Positions 27,961 through 40,571 of a stretch of 64,000 nucleotides of DNA are shown here, one piece after another. The position numbers and the translations under genes were made by a program. The notes beneath the pieces were generated by a model, which worked only from the letters and a program-made list of their open reading frames with translations, was not told the origin of the DNA and ran no database searches. How positions within the stretch are numbered: the first letter of the stretch is position 1; every line of letters starts with the position of its first letter. The stretch comes from Eledone cirrhosa (taxonomy: Eukaryota): positions 31,248,001 to 31,312,000 of the forward strand of contig OZ024755.1 of assembly GCA_964016885.1 (NCBI GenBank), read 5' to 3'.

Positions 27961-28024
27961 ACTATTAACCCTTTCATTATTATATGTCTAATTATCACAT
28001 TACTAATTATTATATGTCTAATAT

Positions 28025-28217
28025 GGTGGATTGGCAGTATCGGTAGAGGGTCGGACGCCATGCTTTGACGCATAGAGTTACGGCCCTTTCCATTCTGAGC
28101 TCAAATCCCGCCGAGGTTAACTTTGCCTTTCATCCTTACGGGGGTCGATGAAATAAAGTACCAGTAATACACTGGGATAATTGCTGGCCTTGTGCCAAAA
28201 GTAGAAACAATTATTAT
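28025..28217 (+). mobile_element. SINE family 2, tRNA-like head, (ATT)n tail
   Basis: gagctcaaatccc B-box-like motif and core gcctttcatccttacggggtcgat..aaataaagtacc. The core recalls Deu/Nin-type SINE domains (from memory, unverified). At least 5 copies in the window. Confidence 0.8.
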
Positions 28218-28308
28218 ATGTCTAATAACATACAGTATATTTCAATGAATTTAATAAAGAAATGTTAGTGATTTACTAAAGTTGCTAATTATTGCATTGC
28301 TAAGATGG

Positions 28309-29085
28309 TAATAATAATAATAATGAAATTATTGTGTAAAGTGCTCAGGTGCACTACAACTCGTCAAAGGTGTATGTATAGTACATAGAATAATACACAA
28401 ATGTCAGGGAAGTACATGTGTGTATGCGTTAGCTGTAGTGTTGGCGGATCTCGGGAAGCATAGAGGCCTTAAAGGATGCAGTGTCTCGACAGCTAACAAC
28501 TCATGCAGGTAGTTTGTTCCATGGAGGCCTTAAAGGATGCAGTGTCTCGACAGCTAACAACTGATGCAGGTAGTTTGTTCCATGGAGGCCTTAAAGGATG
28601 CAGTGTCTCGACAGCTAACAACTCATGCAGGAAGTTTGTTCCATGGAGGCCTTAAAGGATGCAGTGTCTCGACAGCTAACAACTGATGCAGGTAGTTTGT
28701 TCCATGGAGGCCTTAAAGGATGCAGTGTCTCGACAGCTAACAACTGATGCAGGTAGTTTGTTCCATGGAGGCCTTAAAGGATGCAGTGTCTCGACAGCTA
28801 ACAACTGATGCAGGTAGTTTGTTCCATGGAGGCCTTAAAGGATGCAGTGTCTCGACAGCTAACAACTGATGCAGGTAGTTTGTTCCATGGAGGCTTTAAA
28901 GGATGCAGTGTCTCGACAGCTAACAACTGATGCAGGTAGTTTGTTCCATGCTTCAGCAACTCTGAGCGTGAAAAAATGTTTCCGAAAGTCATGGGAATTG
29001 TGCTGTTTTCTTACTTTGTGGGCATGTCTACGTGTGTTAGACACATGGAAATCGAAAAGGTACTCAGGGTTGTTGTTGGCAACAT
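28309..29085 (-). mobile_element. CR1-like LINE 3' fragment with internal 61-bp x8 tandem amplification
   Basis: TRRHAHKV...FFTLRVAEAWNKLP and an (ATT)n tail. The 61-bp unit repeats over about 28460-28950. Confidence 0.88.
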
Positions 29086-29307
29086 GGTTCTATAGTTTCT
29101 ATAGGATGTGACCTATAGTTTCTATAAGATGTGACCTATAGTTTCTATAGGATGGAGAATTATATTTGAAATAGGAATTGGTTCAAAAATGGGTACTTTT
29201 CTATAGAGACAAAACTGGTTTGTTAAAATACTTCATACTTTTTAATCAACAAACAGCAAACACTGGCTATGTAAGGGTTAAAGTTACTTAAAATTATTTA
29301 AGAATGG

Positions 29308-29500
29308 TAATAATTGTTTCTACTTTCGACACAAGGCCAGCAATTGCCCAGTGTATTACTGGTACTTTATTTTATCGACCCCGTAAAGATGAAAGGCAAA
29401 GTTAACCTTGGCGGGATTTGAACTCAGAATGGAAAGGGCCGTAACTCTATGCGTCAAAGCATGGCGTCCAACCCTCTACCAATACTGCCAATTCACCGCA
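29308..29500 (-). mobile_element. SINE family 2 copy
   Basis: Reverse complement of 28025-28217. Confidence 0.8.
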
Positions 29501-29527
29501 ATTCACAGAGTGTAAATATAATAAAAC

Positions 29528-29728
29528 AAGGACGATTTGTTAAGCCTTCATTACGTTTATTAAGTAGTGAAGCGTGTTTCGCTATTGATCAGCTCAAGGT
29601 TTGATCTGGCCTGAGCTTTTGATTACAGAGTCAGGCCAGATCATTACAGATCAAACCTTGAGCTGATCAAGAGCGAAACGCAAGTCACTGTTCAATAAAC
29701 GTAACAAAGGCATAACAATTTGTCCCTT
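29528..29728. repeat. Imperfect fold-back (about 200 bp) carrying a hammerhead 3' half
   Basis: gatcagctcaaggtttgatctg / cagatcaaaccttgagctgatc. CGAAACGCAAGTC at 29674-29686, followed by AATAAA. Confidence 0.75.
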
Positions 29729-29747
29729 TACCTTTATATATAAATAT

Positions 29748-29940
29748 AACAAAGGCGGTGTGGTAAGGAACCAGATGGACCATAACACACCAGAGTACTC
29801 AATACTTAGGGTAGTAGAGTAGGTAATAGGAAAATGTTTGACCCCGATGGGAGAGCTCAAGCCGTTTTGATGGCTATTTCTGGACCAGAAATAGCCGTCG
29901 AAACGGTTTGAAGTCTGCCGTCGGGGTCAAACATTTTCCT
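29748..29940. mobile_element. TATTGAGTAC-family element ending in a fold-back of about 56-bp arms (29828-29940)
   Basis: aggaaaatgtttgaccccga...ggctatttctgg-a-ccagaaatagcc...tcggggtcaaacattttcct, flanked by TA tracts. Confidence 0.8.
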
Positions 29941-29948
29941 GTATATAA

Positions 29949-30004
<56 letters not shown>

Positions 30005-30008
30005 TATA

Positions 30009-30332
30009 TACGATATTAAATAAATGGAAACTATATTTATAAAACCATATTTATTTCATTATATATATTTCAGGGATATCATATTAACAATATGTTATGC
30101 CTTCCTCAGACAAAATACAATATAGACAGTTTTATAGATAAATAGATTTGACATACCGTTCAACATCGACTTGTATTTGAAAAAGTTGATTTGGCAGTTT
30201 TATCTATAAAACTGTCTATATTGTATTTTGTCTGAGGAAGGCATAACATATTGTTAATATGATATCCCTGAAATATATATAATGAAATAAATATGGTTTT
30301 ATAAATATAGTTTCCATTTATTTAATATCGTA
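30009..30332. repeat. 134-bp inverted repeat with 56-nt spacer
   Basis: Arms 30009-30142 and 30199-30332 are reverse complements; no mismatch seen by eye. Confidence 0.93.
30224..30289 (+). ncRNA. Type I hammerhead ribozyme motif (mirror copy on - strand at 30052-30117)
   Basis: Stem I TATTTTGT/ATGAAATA; core CTGAGGA; stem II AGG..CATATT/AATATG..CCT; GAAA-TATATA-TA with a palindromic minimal stem III. Confidence 0.75.
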
Positions 30333-30546
30333 AATATACTCCAAATACTTGTTGAGTGCTTTTATATCAGTTATAAATATTTACTAGTTGTAACCCAACA
30401 ATTTAAATATAACTTTCCATATATATATATATATATATTAGTAAATTTGTATTCCAATGTTACTAAGTAGTCGCATTGGATGGAGTCAACTGACGTCGGA
30501 GATTGCTCAACGTATAATAAAGTGTGTTTTAAAATCCGGAGAAAAT

Positions 30547-30765
30547 ATGGAGAAGAAGTTTATGAAACGGAAATGCGGGTATAAAGAATTTATTAGGTAA
30601 CAATTGTTTCTATAGTGTATGGGTTACCTATACCTCGCTATTTGAATAATATAAAAATATTATCATAAACCGAAGGTACACTCGGGTGTACAACCGAGTG
30701 TACCTTCGGTTACCTAATAAATTCTTCATACCCGCATTTCCGTTTCATAAACTTCTTCTCCATAT
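30547..30765. repeat. Inverted repeat of about 55 bp with nested 18-bp hairpin
   Basis: atatggagaagaagtttatgaaacgg...ccgtttcataaacttcttctccatat, with inner aaccgaaggtacactcgg/ccgagtgtaccttcggtt. Confidence 0.85.
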
Positions 30766-30780
30766 ATATATATATATAGA

Positions 30781-30852
30781 CTCACTGTGGGTAATCGAAC
30801 CTCGATCTCCAGTCTGACAGGAGGAGATGCTTAACTACTATACCACAGAAAG
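30781..30852 (-). pseudogene. Degenerate tRNA-Asp(GTC)-like sequence (pseudo-tRNA or SINE head)
   Basis: GGTATAGTAG...CCTGTCA...GGTTCGATT. Anticodon and T stems are poorly paired. Confidence 0.6.
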
Positions 30853-30977
30853 ACTTTTTATTCTTTTATTGTTTTCAGTCATTAGAGTGTGGCCATACTG
30901 GGGCACTGTCGTGATTTAATCAATCAAATCAACACTAGTGTATCAAACTGTCTAGTTACAGGACATAAACATAGTCT

Positions 30978-31388
30978 GATACACACATACACACATAGAT
31001 ACATAGATACACACACATATACATACACACACACATATGCACATTCATACATAGATACACACATACATATATAGATGCACACACACATTCATACATACAT
31101 ATGCATACATACATACATAGATACAAATACATACACACACATACATACACACACGCATACATGCACACACGCACATACATATACACACCCACATACATAC
31201 AAACATACACACACACACACATACATACACTCACACATACATACACACACATACATACACACACACATACATACACTCACACATACAGACACACATACAT
31301 ACACACACACGCACACACATATAGAGACATAGACACACATACAAACATAAATACACACACGCACATACGTACACATACATACACACAT
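30978..31388. repeat. CA/TA compound microsatellite
   Basis: Direct inspection. Confidence 0.9.
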
Positions 31389-31585
31389 GACAGGCTTCTG
31401 TAGCTTCCATTTGCCAAACTCATTAAGCACTCATCCACACCTGTCAATGAATCTGTTACCTAACCAAATGGTGTGTATAGACAGTTGTGCTGTTGGGATA
31501 TGTTGTATTCTTCAGCAAGTCCTTCCATTGATGTCTAAGGTGTACTTCTTTCTCAACTTTCACATGAGCAACTCTTCTGTTCTAG

Positions 31586-31684
31586 TGCCACCATTAAAAG
31601 TGTCTGCAGGCTCAGACAAACGCCTGCAACTCCCCGAGAATGAAATGATTCTCACAGCTTATGTCATGGAACCACCACACGAAG
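31586..31684 (+). CDS. KIAA0319L: Exon 4: PKD1 start
   Basis: ttctag|...G|gtaagt. Encodes LPPLKVSAGSDKRLQLPENEMILTAYVMEPPHEG. Confidence 0.9.
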
Positions 31685-32087
31685 GTAAGTCAACTTCACC
31701 TTTTTATTTTTTTCTTTAATGGTTAGAGTGTTTGGCTGATGATTGTAAAGGTTGTGTGTTCACCAGTTGCACTCAGTTGGATGCTAGTGTGGAAATGGAC
31801 GTTAAACGATGATGATGATGATGATGATGTAAGTAATTCAAAGGGCCATGAAAAAAAGCTTCCATCGTGTTGGACAACAACAAATATAACATAATGAATA
31901 CATGACCATAGGTAGACTTGTTAATGATGCTTATGAAAGATTTACCATCATCATTATAATTCCATTCATTCATTAATCCAACTCATTCATTCAACTCATT
32001 CATACTATGGTGGAACTACTACTAACTTTTACACTTTGATCCCTTCTGTCAGATGATATCTTTTGCGTGTGCTGTCCTCATTAATCC

Positions 32088-33790
32088 TTTTATTACCATA
32101 TTTCTAATGAAAGACACTGTCTATGTCATTAACCCTTTTATTACCATATTTCTAATGAAAGACACTGTCTATGTCATTAACCCTTTTATTACCATATTTC
32201 TAATGAAAGATACTGCCTATGTCATTAACCCTTTCATTACCATATTTCTAATGAACGACACTGCCTATGTCTTTCACCCTTTCATTACCATATTTCTAAT
32301 GAAAGACACTATGTCATTAACCCTTTTATTACCATATTTCTAATGAAAGATACTGCCTATGTCATTAACCCTTTTATTACCATATTTCTAATGAAAGACA
32401 CTGTCTATGTCATTAACCCTTTTATTACCATATTTCTAATGAAAGACACTGTCTATGTCATTAACCCTTTTATTACCATATTTCTAATGAAAGATACTGC
32501 CTATGTCATTAACCCTTTCATTACCATATTTCTAATGAACGACACTGCCTATGTCTTTCACCCTTTCATTACCATATTTCTAATGAAAGACACTATGTCA
32601 TTAACCCTTTTATTACCATATTTCTAATGAAAGATACTGTCTATGTCATTAACCCTTTTATAATAATGAATAATAATGAAATTATTGTGTAAAGTGCTCA
32701 GGTGCACTACAACTCGTCAAAGGTGCATGTATAGTACATAGAATAATACACAAATATCAGGGAAGTGAATAGTGTATGAGTCATGATATACATGTGTGTA
32801 TGGAGGGGGAATATTAGGTGTAGTGTTGGCGAATCTTGGGAAGCATGGAGGCCTTAAAGGATGCAGTGTCTCGACAGCTAACAACTGATGCAGGTAATTT
32901 GTTCCATGCTTCAGCAACTCTGAGCGTGAAAAAATGTTTCCGAAAGTCATGGGAACTGTACTGTTTTCTGACTTTGTGGGCATGTCCACGTGTGTTAGAC
33001 ACATGGAAATCAAAAAGGTACTCAGGGTTGTTGTTGGCAAGATGGTTAACAATTTTGTGGGTGTTTACCAAGTCAGTTGCCAGGTGTCGGAGCTTCAATG
33101 TATCCATGCCCAGGGAAGCAAGGCGCTCAGAGTATGGTAGATGCCTGATGGAGGGTATTCGCTTGGTTGCACGTCTCTGAATAGTTTCCAGGCGGTCAAT
33201 GTTCTGAGCAAGATAGGGGTTCCAGACTAGTGATGCAAATTCTAAGTGTGGCCGCACCATAGCCATGTACAGCCTTAAATAGATAGCTGGAGAGCGGCTG
33301 ACAAAGGTCTTGCTGAGTGATGCTAAGACACCCTCAGCCTTTCATTACCATATTTCTAATGAAAGACACTGTATATGTCATTAACCCTTTTATTACCATA
33401 TTTCTAATGAAAGATACTGTCTATGTCACTAACCCTTTTATTACCATATTTCTAGGGAAAGACTGTCTACGTCATTAACCCTTTCATTACTATATTTCTA
33501 ATGAAAGACATTGTCTATGTCATTAACCCATTTATTACCATATTTCTAATGAAAGACACTATCTTTGTCATTAACCCTTTCATTACCATATTTCTAGTGA
33601 AAGACACTGTCTATGTCATTAACCCTTTTATTACCATATTTCTAATGAAAGACACTGTCTATGTCATTAACCCTTTCATTATCATATTTCTAGTGAAAGA
33701 CACTGTCTATGTCATTAACCCTTTTATTACCATATTTCTAATGAAAGACACTGTCTATGTCATTAACCCTTTCATTATCATATTTCTGCC
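32088..33790. repeat. 48-bp minisatellite (ATTAACCCTTTTATTACCATATTTCTAATGAAAGACACTGTCTATGTC)n split by a CR1 insertion
   Basis: Arrays at about 32088-32660 and 33338-33790. Confidence 0.93.
32660..33340 (-). mobile_element. CR1-like LINE 3' fragment
   Basis: VRPHLEFASLVWNPY...LETIQRRATK...YSERL...TRGH...FFTLRVAEAWNKLP and an (ATT)n tail. Confidence 0.92.
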
Positions 33791-34882
33791 TATGATTATC
33801 AAATCATTTTGAAAATAATCAAGAATATGGAGAGACTTCATAACAGAACTAACTGTCTTGTTATTAAGCTGGTATGAGAGTGTTAGACATATACTTAGCA
33901 GTATTTCTTCTGGCTCTTTATGTTTTGAGTACTGCCAAGGTCAACTTTCATCCTTCAGGGGTCAAGAAAAATAAAGTACCAGTGAAATACTGGAGTTTAT
34001 TTAGTAAACTTTGTGCCTAAATTTTGAAATCATTGTTAAGCTGGTGTTCGGAACATAACTTAACAAAGGTTCTCCTATCATCTGGGACTGTTATCTAAGT
34101 ACGTGTATATATACATTGAAAAGTTGTTGCTATTTGTCATTCTCTTATGTAATTTGGGAGAAGAGGTACACATTTAGAGCTAGCCAAGGTCACTAAATAC
34201 CCAGGTGTACATTATAGGGCTTGCCTAGTGCATCAAATAGTCAGGTACATATTGTATGGCAAGCCTAGGGCACCCATGTGTATATTGTAGGGTTAGTTTA
34301 GGCTGCTAAATACTTAGGTGGATATTTGACTGACCTTGTGTACATTGTAGAACTAGCCGAGGTTAGTTACACATTGTAGAGATGGTCTTTGGTGTTAAAT
34401 ATGTCGGCACACACTGTCGGGTGAGACTAGGTTTCTAAATACCCAGGGGCAAGCCTGAATAAACTCTTAACAAGATGACTTAGACCAAAATTGGTCTTTG
34501 ACTATCTGTGACTTCATTTTAATTACATATGTATATTTTTCTGTAATTAATGTCTTTGTTAACAGCGTGTTCTCTTTTCACCTGTGAGAAATTTTAGATT
34601 TGGATGCCACAGGTGTTAGATAAACCGAACATTAGGTAATTATTCAAAATTGAAAGACCAACTTTTCAGAATTAGGTGTGCTAGATTTTTATTGATTTCA
34701 TGTTGGAACAGATGTAGTTAGCACTTGGGGAGGTTTGTATTATCAAAGTGTTAGGAATAGTTGGAATTGTAGACAGGGTAGCAGAGGTGGTAGACTTTGT
34801 ATATGACAGATACACAGGTGTAGTTGATAGTAAGAACACCAGCTATTGATGATGATGATGGTGTTTGTGTTTCTAATTGCAG

Positions 34883-34986
34883 GCGAAGAGTTCCACTACA
34901 AATGGTCAATGAAAACCTTCCCTAAAGAAGCTGGCAAACAGGGTTCCATGATTGGACCAGATAGCAAGACTTTTACCTTGAAAGAT
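34883..34986 (+). CDS. KIAA0319L: Exon 5: PKD1 middle
   Basis: ttgcag|...GAT|gttagt. Encodes EEFHYKWSMKTFPKEAGKQGSMIGPDSKTFTLKD. Confidence 0.88.
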
Positions 34987-35015
34987 GTTAGTGGAGTCTT
35001 TAGCTCTTTACATAC

Positions 35016-35050
<35 letters not shown>

Positions 35051-35167
35051 AAAACATACACATATACATACACATGCTTACATACATTCATATACATATA
35101 TACACACATACATACATATGTACGTACACATATATATATATACACACATACATATACATACACACAC

Positions 35168-35205
<38 letters not shown>

Positions 35206-35206
<1 letters not shown>

Positions 35207-35818
35207 AACATGGTGGCTGCCAACTCGTTTTCGAGTACGGCCACTACTTTATATCCATGTAGGAGAACCCCTACCGATGCGCTGAACGAGTGTGACTTTT
35301 TAGTCCAGCCAGCGACACGAAAACTCTGGTACAAACACTACACTTGTGACAATTATTGACACATAGTGCTGGGCCCATGGTACCATGTGACGACAAGTGC
35401 AGAGAGATCTCCAGATATAAAGCAATGCCTGTGCCGTGAAGCTTTTATAGTGAGCAAAGGCACTGCACAAAGCCAGTCCCACTCTCTTAACCAAGATGAT
35501 ATTTACCAAAAAGAAGAACAAGTCAACATCATTGGATACCATCAGGGTTGCAGGTGTTATATCAGAGTTTTCCTTCTCCTAGAATTCTGCCTTGACAAAG
35601 GCTAAGGGGTCATCTCTCCCGGTGATTTTGGATGGCCATTGACTCTTAAGAGCTCCTTTGCCCTTTGACAGGTTTTGTTTTTAGTCCTGCAGGATGTCCA
35701 AAGTCACCCTCCTCACCAAGAAACCTTGGTGGGGTTGCCAGTTTAGTCGCCAACGACCCGACCATGAAACAGGTTGTACTGGGATACATGTTACCAGTAG
35801 CACCAACTGGTGACCTGA
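35206..35818. mobile_element. Unclassified interspersed repeat (second, inverted copy at 49940-50400)
   Basis: cctgcaggatgtccaaagtcacc...gttgtactgggatacatgttac is the reverse complement of 49939-50010. Confidence 0.6.
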
Positions 35819-35967
35819 CATACAAACATACATACATACATACACACACATACATACACACATACATACATACATACATACACATGCATATATATACATA
35901 CCTACATACACACACACACATACATACATACACACACATCCATACACACATACATACATACACCCAT

Positions 35968-36011
<44 letters not shown>

Positions 36012-36183
36012 ACATACACACATACATACATGAATATATATACATACACACCTACATACACACATACACACATACATGTATACCACATACACAACAATTT
36101 CAACAAATCCCTCATGTATTCCTGCATATTGTAAGAGGTGATATGTGTGTATGTGCAAGTGTATATGGATATATGCATATATA

Positions 36184-36225
<42 letters not shown>

Positions 36226-36227
36226 AG

Positions 36228-37745
36228 CAAAGAGATATTTAATTTGTTGGTTATTCATTAAACTTTCCTACTCGACTACTGAAAATATTGCCCAAAATAT
36301 AGCTAAAAACTAACACTAGAAATCTGGTAGGGAGATAACTCACAATTGTAAACATAAAATCACTAATAGAATAAATAACATCTCGTATAGCAGTGATAAT
36401 TCCATTAACATAGATGAGAGAAACCTACCAACATATGGACACAGAGAGGGAATTTTGGATAGTAACGGAAATAATTGCAACTGTAAAAACCACAACTTTT
36501 GCCCACTAAATAACTGTCTTGATCAGAATTTAGTTTATGAATACATAGTTAAAAGGAACAATAAGTCTTATAGTTAGTGCAACTTCTTCTAAATTTAAAG
36601 AAAGGTGGTCTCACCATCGCCACTCGTTTAGAAGTAAAGATAAAAGATTTAGTACAGCCCTCTCAGAATTGATTTGGTCGCTTAAAAATAATAATATTGA
36701 ATATTCCCTTTCTTGGCAGATAATTTCTCATGCTTTCCCTTATGAAATTGCATCTATATCTAAGGGCTGTGACCTCTGTACCTCAGAGATTCTTCACATC
36801 ATAGAAAATAGACAAAGAATTATAAATAAAAACTTTTAAATCTTTAGTTCTTGTCTTCACAAATTCAGCAAAATGTTTCATAGGGTATTTAGTTAAAATT
36901 TAAATAAAGCTATGTATACTATGAAATAAGCAATACAAAATTTCTTTATATATAGTTTCAAGCTAATTTGTTGTTAAAATGTAAATAAAACTAAATAGAC
37001 TATGAAATAAGTAATATAATATTTCTTCATTATAACTTTAATATCTATTTTAAAATTTTAAATAGTATCTAAGTGAATTAATTGTAACATAAAATGATAA
37101 AATAGGCTACAATACATACATCTTTTCCTTTGAACTAATTGATTAATCCGGTAACATGATACCCTAGCCAGTTCTAAAAGATAGCAACACCAACTGTTAA
37201 ATATGTTTCCACTCATATAATATCTACCAAAATACAATTGTAAATATAAACTAAATTAATTACGAAATTAGTATAATTCTTTATTATATAGTTACATTAT
37301 AACTTTAGCATCTTTGAATAAGTTTTTAAGTTTCTATAATTTCGAAGTTTTTAAGTTTCTATAATTTCGATTTAATATCTAATTTAATCTAACCTAAGTG
37401 ATAAATAAATAGACTAACGGTCCATAATTGTTTTCTTTTGATTTATTTGACCAATCCGGTAACCTCATACTCTAGCCAGTTTAAAAATGCCAACACCGAC
37501 TGTTACATTTTCCCACTCATATCCTCTGTCTTCTGAGTCAAGGTCTTTTCCAGGCATATGCTTGCCGGCCACCGAACTGAATAGCTCATCTGACTGCCTG
37601 CATATCAAATGATATTCACATAGGTGGATTTTATCTGAAGAGAACATGTTTTGACTTATATTATACATAAGCCACACATCTTCGAAATACGTATAATAAA
37701 ATAAGTGGGGGTGGACTAAAGTAACTGTCTTTTGTTTATTATTAT
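36228..37745 (+). mobile_element. 5'-truncated Penelope-like element: degenerate GIY-YIG endonuclease + long 3' region + hammerhead
   Basis: Broken frames give IKLSYS..., NCNCKNHNFCPLNNCLDQNLVY...FKERWSHHRHSF..STALSELIWSLK..SWQII..FPY..CDLCTSE..INK..SSCLHK. This resembles Naiad-type PLE endonucleases (from recall). Flanked by (TA)n. Confidence 0.82.
37628..37702 (+). ncRNA. Type I hammerhead ribozyme motif in PLE pLTR
   Basis: Stem I ATTTTAT/ATAAAAT; core CTGAAGA; stem II GAA.ATGT/ACAT.TTC; GAAA-TACGTA-TA with a palindromic stem III. Confidence 0.82.
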
Positions 37746-37746
37746 T

Positions 37747-37783
<37 letters not shown>

Positions 37784-38402
37784 ATATATGTATGTCTATA
37801 TATGTGTGTGTGTATATATGTATGTCTATATGTGTGTGTGTGTGTATATATGTATGTCTATATGTGTGTGTGTGTGTGTATATATGTATGTCTATATGTG
37901 TGTGTGTGTGTATATATGTATGTCTATATATGTGTGTGTATATATGTATGTCTATATATGTGTGTGTGTGTATAGATGTATGTCTATATATATATGTGTG
38001 TGTGTGTGTGTATATATGCATGTCTATATATATATGTGTGTGTGTATATATGTATGTCTATATATATATGTGTGTGTGTGTATATATGTATGTCTATATA
38101 TATGTGTGTGTGTGTATATGTATGTCTATATATGTATGTGTATATATGTATGTCTATATATATATGTGTGTGTGTATATGTATGTCTATATATGTGTGTG
38201 TGTATATATGTATGTCTATATATATATGTGTGTGTGTGTATATGTATGTCTATATATATATATATACATATGTATGTATATGTGTCTGTCTCTATATATA
38301 AATGTGTATATGTCTATATACATGTGAGTGTGTGTATGTACGTATACATGTGTCTATATACATGAGTGTATGTTTATATATATATATATATGTGTGTGTG
38401 TA
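37746..38402. repeat. TA/TG compound microsatellite
   Basis: Direct inspection. Confidence 0.9.
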
Positions 38403-38474
38403 TACAGTTTGGAATAGGTTCACCATATACTTATATGTTGTAAAAGGGTTGACAGCAGGAAGGGCATCAGTTGT

Positions 38475-38982
38475 AAAACTTTACCTTAATAAGGACCCCT
38501 TTGTGTGTATGAATTCTGTCGCCTACAAAGCCCTACTTTAACATAGTAAAATGATGTTAAAACACTTGAAATTCTTAAAACTTTACCTTAATAAGGACCC
38601 CTTTGTGTGTATGAGGTCTGTCGCCTACAAAGCCCTACTTTAACAGGGTAAAATAATGTTAAAACACTTGAAATTCTTAAAACTTTACCTTAATAAGGAC
38701 CCCTTTGTGTGTATGAGGTCTGTCGCCTACAAAACCCTACTTTAACAGGGTAAAATAATGTTAAAACACTTGAAATTCTTAAAACTTTACCTTAATAAGG
38801 ACCCCTTTGTGTATATGAGGTCTGTCGCCTACAAAACCCTACTTTAACAGGGTAAAATAATGTTAAAACACTTGAAATTCTTAAAACTTTACCTTAATAA
38901 GGACCCCTTTGTGTATATGAGGTCTGTCGCCTACAAAGCCCTACTTTAACAGGGTAAAATGATGTTAAACACTTGAAATTCT
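38475..38982. repeat. 102-bp tandem repeat x5, ending about 23 nt before exon 6
   Basis: aaaactttaccttaataaggacccc recurs at 38475, 38577, 38679, 38781 and 38883. Confidence 0.93.
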
Positions 38983-39005
38983 GTTATAATTCTTCCTTTG
39001 TCTAG

Positions 39006-39093
39006 CTTGTTGCTGGTCTTTACACTTTGAAGCTTGAAGTTAGTGGAAATAACCGTGCTGGGGAAGCTTATGTCAATGTATCTGTTATTCCAC
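39006..39093 (+). CDS. KIAA0319L: Exon 6: PKD1 end
   Basis: tgtctag|...C|gtaagt. Encodes LVAGLYTLKLEVSGNNRAGEAYVNVSVIP (not in the ORF track). Confidence 0.9.
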
Positions 39094-39124
39094 GTAAGTG
39101 ACTACATTACTACTACTGCTACTA

Positions 39125-39545
39125 CTGTAATGTGTAATGTGTGTGTTGTGTAATGTGTGTGTTGTGTAATGTGTGTCTTGTGTAATGTGTGTGGTGTATA
39201 ATGTGTGTTGTGTAATGTGTGTGTCGTGTAATGTGTGTCTTGTGTAATGTGTGTCTTGTGTAATGTGTGTCTTGTGTAATGTGTGTCTTGTGTAATGTGT
39301 GTGGTGTATAATGTGTGTCTTGTGTAATGCGTGTCTTGTGTAATGTGTGTGTTGTGTAATGTGTGTGGTGTATAATGTGTGTTGTGTAATGTGTATGTCA
39401 TGTAATGTGTGTGTTGTGTAATGTGTATGTCGTGTAATGTGTGTGTTGTGTAATGTGTATGGTGTATAATGTATGTCATGTAATGTGTGTGTTGTGTAAT
39501 GTGTATGTCGTGTAATGTGTGTGTTGTGTAATGTGTGTGTTGTAC
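39125..39545. repeat. (TGTAATGTGTGT..)n short-unit repeat
   Basis: Direct inspection. Confidence 0.9.
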
Positions 39546-39724
39546 TTCATATCACTAATGGTGATGAAGGGTGACATGACACTTACCATAGAGATCAGGG
39601 CAACCATGGTTTTATGTGGTTTTTTACACAAGTGACCCTCGAATGTCTCATCCCTATTCAGGAAATCCCCTTTGTTTTAATTTTTATCGTTATCTTTCTT
39701 TTTTAACATTATTAAGATTTGTTT

Positions 39725-40535
39725 ACACAGAAAACCCACCAACACATCCACACACACACACACAGAGAAAACCCACCAACACATCCACACAGAAAACCCA
39801 CCATCACATCCACACACACACACACAGAAAACCCACCAACACATGCGCACACACACACAGAGAAAACCCACCAACACATCCACACAGAAAACCCACCAAC
39901 ACATCCACACACACACACACAGAAAACCCACCAACACATGCGCACACACACACACAGAAAACCCACCAACACACACACACACACTCAGAAAACCCACCAA
40001 CACATCCACACACACACACACAGAAAACCCACCAACACATGCACACACACACACACACATACACAAAACCCACCAACACATATACACAAAACCCAACACA
40101 CACACAAACCCACCAACACACACACACACATACAAAACCCACCAACACACACACACAAAACCCACCAACACACACACACAAAACCCACCAACACACACAC
40201 ACAAAACCCACCAACGCACACACACACACACACACACAAAACCCACCAACGCACACACACAAAACCCACCAACACACACACACAAAACCCACCAACGCAC
40301 ACACACACATACACAAAACCCACCAACACACACAAAACCCACCAACTCTCACACACACACACACAAAACCCACCAACTCTCACACATACACACATACACA
40401 CAAAACCCACCAACTCTCACACACACACACACAAAACCCACCAACACACACACACACAAAATCCACCAACACACACACACACACAAAACCCACCAACACA
40501 CACACAAAACCCACCAACACACACACAAAACCCAC

Positions 40536-40571
<36 letters not shown>

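Noticed and set aside
30781-30852. Functional tRNA-Asp gene
   Set aside because: The anticodon and T stems are poorly paired, so it is reported only as a pseudo-tRNA.
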